From the NCBI RefSeq assembly GCF_000012905.2, contig NC_007493.2, positions 1,980,001 through 2,012,000 of the forward strand: a stretch of DNA of 32,000 nucleotides, given 5' to 3'. The notes under the pieces are model-generated. The model saw only the letters and a program-made list of their open reading frames with translations, searched no databases and had not been told where the DNA came from. This stretch comes from Cereibacter sphaeroides 2.4.1. GTDB taxonomy: Bacteria; Pseudomonadota; Alphaproteobacteria; Rhodobacterales; Rhodobacteraceae. Position 1 is the first letter of the stretch. The number at the start of each line of letters is the position of its first letter. Below, piece after piece: positions 25,856 through 32,000 of the stretch. The translations under genes and the position numbers were made by a program.

Positions 25856-27694
25856 TCACTCCGCCGGACGGACGAGACGCTCCTCGGCCTCTTCCATCTG
25901 CTGCTTGCCGCCGCCGCAGGCCATCGGCATGGCGAATTCATCCTCGGCCATCTGCTGCCTGCCGCCGCCGCAGGCCATCGGGACGTGGAATTCGTCCACC
26001 TGCTGCTGCTTCTTGCCGCCGCAGCCGCAGTCCGACCCGTCGGCATGGCCGCCGCAGCCGCCACCGCCCGCCGTCAGGATCGGCGCCGCCTCGGCCTTGG
26101 CCGCATTGCGCTCCTCGGCACGGGCCTTGCCCTGCACGCGCAGCGCCTCGCGGCGCTCGGCGGCCTTGGCGGCGCGGTCGGCCGAGGCCTCCCAGTCCGC
26201 CATCTGGGCGTTGCCGATCTTGCGGGTCTCGTCGAAGTGGAAGTCCACCTTGTCCTTGGACTGCGGCCCCCAGTAGCCGGCCTTGCCCAAGTCGTAGAAG
26301 GTTCGCCCCACCCCGGCCTTCAGGAAGGCCTTGAGGCAGCCCAGGAGGTAGCGCCGACGGAAGCCCGTGCCGCGCCACGGATAGTGGAACAGCGCCTTCT
26401 TCATGTAGAACCGGCGGTAGTTGTTCATGACGCCGTCGAGCAACTCGCCGCGGGTCAGCGCCTTCGGCTTCATGATCGGCGTCACGAAGTTGTATTTCGA
26501 ATAGTCGAAGACCTCGACCTGATCGCGCAGCTCCTGGAAGAGCGGCGTGAAGGGCCAGGGCGTGTACATCGACCAGTTGGCGAGGTCCGGCTGCCAGTCC
26601 CACGCCATCCGGTAGGTTTCTTCCAGCGTCTCCTTGGTCTCGTTGTCGAGACCCACGATGAACTGGGCTTCGGTGAAGATGTCGGCCTCGCGCAGGAGGC
26701 GGATGGCCTCCTTGTTCTCGGCCACCGTCGTCTCCTTGTTGAAGACGTCGAGCTTCAGCTGCGCCGCGGCCTCGGTGCCGAGCGAGATATGGACGAGACC
26801 GGCCTTGCGGTAGAACTTCAGCAGTTCCTTGTCGCGCTTGACGTCGGTCACGCGGGTGTTGATGCCCCACTTCACCTTGTCGGGCAGGCCGCGCGCGATC
26901 ATCTCCTCGCAGAATTCGATGAATTTCTTGCGGTTGATGGTCGGTTCCTCGTCGGCGAGGATGAAGAAGCCCACGCCGTGCTCGTTCACGAGCTTCTCGA
27001 TCTCGTCCACGACCTTCTTCGGGTCGCGCACGCGGTAATCGCGCCAGAACTTCCACTGCGAGCAGAAGGAGCAGGTGAAGGGGCAGCCGCGGGCCATGTT
27101 CGGGATCGCGACGCGCACGCCCAGCGGCTCGTAGATGTAGTTCTTCCAGTTGATGATGCCCCAGTCGGGATCGATGGAATCCACGTCCCGGATGGTGGGG
27201 GCCGCGGCGGTCGAGACGATCTCGTCTCCGTCGAGGAAGGCCAGACCCTTCACCTGACGGCGGGTCTCGGCGAAATTGTCGGCCTCGTAGGCCTTCACGA
27301 GGTTCACCAGAACCTCCTCGCCCTCGCCGCGCACGATCACGTCGATCCATGGCGCCTCTTCCAGCACCTGCCGGAACATGAAGGTGGCGTGGATGCCGCC
27401 CAGCACGCGCAGCGCGTTCGGCACGACCTCCATCGCGACCTTCAGGGTCTCTTCGGCGACGTAGATCGAGGGGGTGATGGCGGTGGTGGCAACGATGTCG
27501 GGCTGAAGCTCCCTGAGCTTCTCGGCGAGTTTCTCGTGCGAGACATAGTCGGTCATCGCGTCAATGAAATGGTAGTCGGTGTAGCCGGCCTTCTTCAGCG
27601 CGCCACACAGGTAGGCAACCCACGCCGGCGGCCAGCTGCCGGCGATCTCGGCGCCCCCGGAGTGATAGTTCGGGTGAACGAATACGATACGCAT
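25856..27694 (-). CDS. bchE: Anaerobic Mg-protoporphyrin IX monomethyl ester oxidative cyclase (B12-binding radical SAM)
   Basis: Track ORF of 612 aa, [38 protein letters not shown].... The radical SAM motif is [13 protein letters not shown] lies 7 nt upstream of the ATG. The C-terminal tail is unusual and Cys/Gly/Gln-rich. Confidence 0.93.
   Translation of the reverse strand: MRIVFVHPNYHSGGAEIAGSWPPAWVAYLCGALKKAGYTDYHFIDAMTDYVSHEKLAEKLRELQPDIVATTAITPSIYVAEETLKVAMEVVPNALRVLGGIHATFMFRQVLEEAPWIDVIVRGEGEEVLVNLVKAYEADNFAETRRQVKGLAFLDGDEIVSTAAAPTIRDVDSIDPDWGIINWKNYIYEPLGVRVAIPNMARGCPFTCSFCSQWKFWRDYRVRDPKKVVDEIEKLVNEHGVGFFILADEEPTINRKKFIEFCEEMIARGLPDKVKWGINTRVTDVKRDKELLKFYRKAGLVHISLGTEAAAQLKLDVFNKETTVAENKEAIRLLREADIFTEAQFIVGLDNETKETLEETYRMAWDWQPDLANWSMYTPWPFTPLFQELRDQVEVFDYSKYNFVTPIMKPKALTRGELLDGVMNNYRRFYMKKALFHYPWRGTGFRRRYLLGCLKAFLKAGVGRTFYDLGKAGYWGPQSKDKVDFHFDETRKIGNAQMADWEASADRAAKAAERREALRVQGKARAEERNAAKAEAAPILTAGGGGCGGHADGSDCGCGGKKQQQVDEFHVPMACGGGRQQMAEDEFAMPMACGGGKQQMEEAEERLVRPAE
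25895..26002 (-). repeat. Two 54-bp tandem direct repeats inside the bchE 3' end
   Basis: Units 25895-25948 and 25949-26002 (catctgctgcYtgccgccgccgcaggccatcgg...gaattcRtc) encode [18 protein letters not shown] and [19 protein letters not shown] degenerate third copy follows up to about 26035. Confidence 0.8.
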
Positions 27695-27710
27695 TGGTGG
27701 ACTCCCGCTG

Positions 27711-27728
27711 TGTCCATTTCAGTTGACA
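27711..27728. promoter_or_regulatory. PpsR/CrtJ palindrome in the bchE promoter
   Basis: TGTCCATTTCAGTTGACA is a perfect TGT-N12-ACA, 17 nt upstream of the bchE ATG. Confidence 0.8.
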
Positions 27729-27747
27729 TACTTCTGTGGCGGGCAAA

Positions 27748-27761
27748 TTGATGCATGTCAA
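27748..27761. promoter_or_regulatory. FNR (FnrL)-type box upstream of bchE
   Basis: TTGATgcatGTCAA (minus strand TTGACatgcATCAA) has one mismatch to TTGAT-N4-ATCAA. Its centre is about 60 nt upstream of the bchE ATG. bchE is an anaerobic enzyme gene known to be FnrL-dependent. Confidence 0.7.
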
Positions 27762-27817
27762 AGCGACCATTCGACCCGCGCGGACGGGCCCACACTTTCC
27801 CAAAGGCGGGGGAAATG

Positions 27818-27840
27818 CCCTGCGGCAGCGGGGCGCAGGG
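27818..27840 (-). terminator. Possible weak terminator hairpin just after ppsR
   Basis: CCCTGCG-N9-CGCAGGG (7-bp stem) begins 1 nt after the ppsR stop. On the minus strand it is followed only by CATTTCC, a poor T-run. Confidence 0.35.
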
Positions 27841-27841
27841 G

Positions 27842-29236
27842 TCACTCGTCCTTGTTCAGGAGGCCGAACTTGCGCAGCTTCACATAAAGCGACTGCCGCG
27901 ACAGCGAGAGCATCTCGGCCGCGGCCACGCGGTTGTTCCGCGTCAGCTCCAGTGCCGTCTCGATGCACATTTTCTCAACAACATCAGTGGTTTCCGCAAC
28001 GATGTCCTTGAGGGTGGAATTCCCGACCAGCTCCATAACATTGCGGGCGGGCTCGTCGATCACGCCCGTCGCGGGCACGGGCCTGCGCATCGTGTCGGCC
28101 CGGCTCGTGTCCCGCACGACAAGAACGAGCAGCGGGCGCTCGCGGTCATCGAGCCAGGTGGCCGAGATCTCTGCGGCAATCTGCCCCGCGAAGTCGGTGG
28201 TGAGTCGGGTGGCATAGAGCCGCAGTTGTCCAGTGCGTCTGACACTGTCGATCAGCACGCGCAGGTCGACGCTGCCGCGGGCGAGGAAATCGGCGATCGA
28301 GCGGCCGCGGATCGCGGCGAGGCTCGACGAGTCGGTCATGTTGAGGAAGGCCTCGTTGGCGCCCCGGATCGTGCCGTCGGCATCGGAGAAGACGATTCCG
28401 TCCACCCCCTCGTGATAGAGCCGGGCGAGGTTCTCGGACAGCTCGTCGCCCACCGGCTGCGTCGCATCGGCCGGGTCGATCTGGCACAGGAGCAGCCGCT
28501 CGCCCGCCGCGCGGAAGACACGCGGCACCACCAGAAGCCGCTTCTGCGACCGCCGCGCCAGCACCTCGACCGGCGCAGCACTTTCGGTCGCCGCGAGATT
28601 GGTCATCGTCTCCATGAACTCGCCGCGCCGCCGTCCCTCGAACTCCTGCGCGATGGCCGCGCCCAGCAGGTCCTGGCGCACGCCGCCGAGCAAGAGCCCC
28701 GCCGCGCTGTTCAGATCGACGATCCGCCCGGTGGACATCGAGACGAGCACCATCGGATCGCGCGACACGTCGAGCACCACGCGGTAGCGGGTCTCCATCT
28801 CGCGCTGGGTCTCGTAGTCGCGTTCCATCGCAAGCTGCGCCGCGACCAGCTGCTGCTGCACCTCTGCGATGGGGCGCAGGTCGCGCCCGAGCATCAGGAT
28901 CGAGCGGTCGGCCGGCAGGCGGTGCAGGATGTAGCGGATCGGAAACTCGAAGCTGCGCGGATCGATGTGGTTCAGCTCGACCGCGACCGATCCGCGGCCG
29001 GGTTCAAGCCCCTCGCTGCGCAGGCGGAACTTGGCGACGCTCTCGGCGGTCAGCACTTCCTCGAGCGGGCGACCCTCCCACTCCGAAAGCTGGCCGAAGC
29101 TCGGGTGGTGCGGGTTGGCCATCACCTCCCGGACCACCCCTTCCTGCGAGACGAGCAGCGAGATGTCGGCCGCGGTCGCGATCAGGTCGCGCACGAGGTC
29201 CGGAGCGAGGGACGGGAGGCTCCCGCCGGCCAGCAT
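27842..29236 (-). CDS. ppsR: PpsR (CrtJ) aerobic repressor of photosynthesis genes
   Basis: Track ORF 27842-29362 (TTG) trimmed to ATG 29236, behind AGAAGGAAGAG. This gives MLAGGSLPSLAPDLVRDLIATAADISLLVSQEGVVREV... (464 aa), with PAS repeats and a C-terminal Fis-type HTH (NRVAAAEMLSLSRQSLYVKLRKFGL). Confidence 0.93.
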   Translation of the reverse strand: MLAGGSLPSLAPDLVRDLIATAADISLLVSQEGVVREVMANPHHPSFGQLSEWEGRPLEEVLTAESVAKFRLRSEGLEPGRGSVAVELNHIDPRSFEFPIRYILHRLPADRSILMLGRDLRPIAEVQQQLVAAQLAMERDYETQREMETRYRVVLDVSRDPMVLVSMSTGRIVDLNSAAGLLLGGVRQDLLGAAIAQEFEGRRRGEFMETMTNLAATESAAPVEVLARRSQKRLLVVPRVFRAAGERLLLCQIDPADATQPVGDELSENLARLYHEGVDGIVFSDADGTIRGANEAFLNMTDSSSLAAIRGRSIADFLARGSVDLRVLIDSVRRTGQLRLYATRLTTDFAGQIAAEISATWLDDRERPLLVLVVRDTSRADTMRRPVPATGVIDEPARNVMELVGNSTLKDIVAETTDVVEKMCIETALELTRNNRVAAAEMLSLSRQSLYVKLRKFGLLNKDE

Positions 29237-29294
29237 GTCTCTTCCTTCTGAACTCAATGTCCTACCGATCGTCCCGGCCCAGCGGCCGCCAGCC

Positions 29295-30089
29295 TCAAGC
29301 GCGGCCCCGTCCGGGTCGCCGCCGGCTTCCGCCCAGCCCGCAGGCCTGCAGCGCCGCCTCAATGTCGTTCGTCACGATGTCCGCCTCCGGTATGGACGCT
29401 GCTTCCGTGCCGTCGAGGAATAATGCTCCTCCCATGGCAACCGGAATCCGGCCGCCGGTCATGTCCTTCAGCGTCTTCACCAGTTTGCGCCCGACTTCAA
29501 GCATCTCTGCATGGGCAAGGGAAATCATTATGGCGTCAAAGCGCCTTTTCCCGAAAAGTTCCCGAAGTTCGGCAGGTCCCGTGCTCATCCTCAGGCAGAC
29601 GGAGACGCCGAGACGGCGCAGTTTGGCCACCGCCACCATGGCTCCCAGAGTGTGCTGCTCGCCGGGCGGCAGGAGAACGAGAACCGCGGGCCCGTCCCGC
29701 ATTCCGCCCTCATCCGCCGACCAGGAGGTGGCGATGTCGCGCAGGATCGCCTGCAGCCGCGCGGTGCCGATGGTCACTTCGGCAAAGGTGCATTCATCCT
29801 CGTGCCAGCCCTGCCCCAGCCGCCGCGCGACCTCGGGGATGTAGAGCTCGGCGAGGGCCACCCGGCTCACCCGCGCTCGGCGCAGCTCGGGCTTCAGGAG
29901 TTCAAAGGGGGCGCGATCCATCGAGCGGACCGCCACCAGAAGCCGTCGGACGAGATCCTCACGCAGCGGCGCATGGGTGGCGCCATCCCGCGCGGTCAGC
30001 CGGGCGACCACCTCGGCCGCGAAGTGAGAGACGGCCACCGGGCCCTCGCCCGCGATCCCCGCCCTGTCTCTCTGCAAGCCATCGTGCAT
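29295..30089 (-). CDS. ppaA: PpaA/AerR-family cobalamin-binding antirepressor; start uncertain
   Basis: Track ORF 29295-30281 (GTG). It has a helical-bundle domain followed by a B12-binding domain (LLPPGEQHTLGAMV). ATG 30089 is preferred: GGAG lies 6 nt upstream, and third-position GC rises from about 66% (30090-30221) to about 82% downstream. Alternative starts are ATG 30224 and GTG 30281. Confidence 0.8.
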   Translation of the reverse strand: MHDGLQRDRAGIAGEGPVAVSHFAAEVVARLTARDGATHAPLREDLVRRLLVAVRSMDRAPFELLKPELRRARVSRVALAELYIPEVARRLGQGWHEDECTFAEVTIGTARLQAILRDIATSWSADEGGMRDGPAVLVLLPPGEQHTLGAMVAVAKLRRLGVSVCLRMSTGPAELRELFGKRRFDAIMISLAHAEMLEVGRKLVKTLKDMTGGRIPVAMGGALFLDGTEAASIPEADIVTNDIEAALQACGLGGSRRRPGRGRA

Positions 30090-30223
30090 CACCAGCTCCG
30101 CCGGGCAGGCCTGGCCGCACCCACTGCCAAGATCCGCGCAATCGGGATCTCGCAGGGCCCGCAGAAGCGGCGCGACACAAGCCCGGGCAATTGTAGGCTG
30201 ACTGTCATCCAAGGAGGAACGCA

Positions 30224-30241
30224 TGTCAAAGAAAATTGACA
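30224..30241. promoter_or_regulatory. PpsR/CrtJ palindrome, ppaA-proximal
   Basis: TGTCAAAGAAAATTGACA is a perfect TGT-N12-ACA in the AT-richer ppaA-bchF region. Confidence 0.75.
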
Positions 30242-30367
30242 CCTCAGGCAGCGGAGGCAGCCCATCCCCCGCTGAACTCACACTTAATCCTTGGATTTAC
30301 GACAGAGTGTCGCAGCTTCCCCGCGGCGATCTGCGCCTTTGCCGCACTGTGCTCTCGCCGCAAAAGA

Positions 30368-30385
30368 TGTAAGTCAGAATTGACA
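30368..30385. promoter_or_regulatory. PpsR/CrtJ palindrome, bchF-proximal
   Basis: TGTAAGTCAGAATTGACA is a perfect TGT-N12-ACA, 31 nt upstream of the bchF ATG at 30417. Confidence 0.8.
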
Positions 30386-30406
30386 CTTTCGGAATCGGAA
30401 CGATAA

Positions 30407-32000
<1,594 letters not shown>

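Noticed and set aside
25475-29251. Large plus-strand ORFs 25475-27751 (758 aa) and 27755-29251 (498 aa).
   Set aside because: They are antisense to bchE and ppsR, whose products are clearly recognisable. The translations lack motifs and are compositionally biased.

Overview
This very GC-rich window is the core of the photosynthesis gene cluster (PGC) of a purple non-sulfur alpha-proteobacterium. The PufX, PufL/M, PufQ, TspO, PpsR and CrtA sequences match Cereibacter (Rhodobacter) sphaeroides from memory; no database search was run. Gene order, with strand: dxs' (-), pufX-M-L-A-B-K-Q (-), bchZ-Y-X-C (-), crtF-E (-), crtD-C (+), tspO-crtB-crtI (-), crtA-bchI-D-O (+), idi-bchP-pucC/lhaA-like-bchG-bchJ-bchE (-), ppsR-ppaA (-), bchF-bchN' (+). 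Nearly all DNA is accounted for by these about 35 genes. The AT-richer intergenic islands carry PpsR/CrtJ-type TGT-N12-ACA palindromes and one FNR-type box, and convergent junctions carry GC hairpin terminators. I found no tRNA, rRNA, CRISPR array, transposase, integrase or defence-like gene, and no uncharacterised multi-gene system: this is a textbook, well-described locus. The observations I cannot map to known annotation are small-scale. They are two micro-ORFs that bridge the bchX-bchY and bchJ-bchG spacers with overlapping stop/start codons; a PpsR-type tandem operator straddling the bchG start codon; CrtC-like coding signal upstream of any usable start codon; a strongly SD-preceded rare-codon ORF in the ppaA-bchF control region; and repeat-built C-terminal tails on BchE and CrtA. 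Most long ORFs in the six-frame track are off-frame or antisense shadows of real genes. Many true starts lie internal to the track ORFs and were chosen by protein N-termini, SD sequences and stop/start overlaps.
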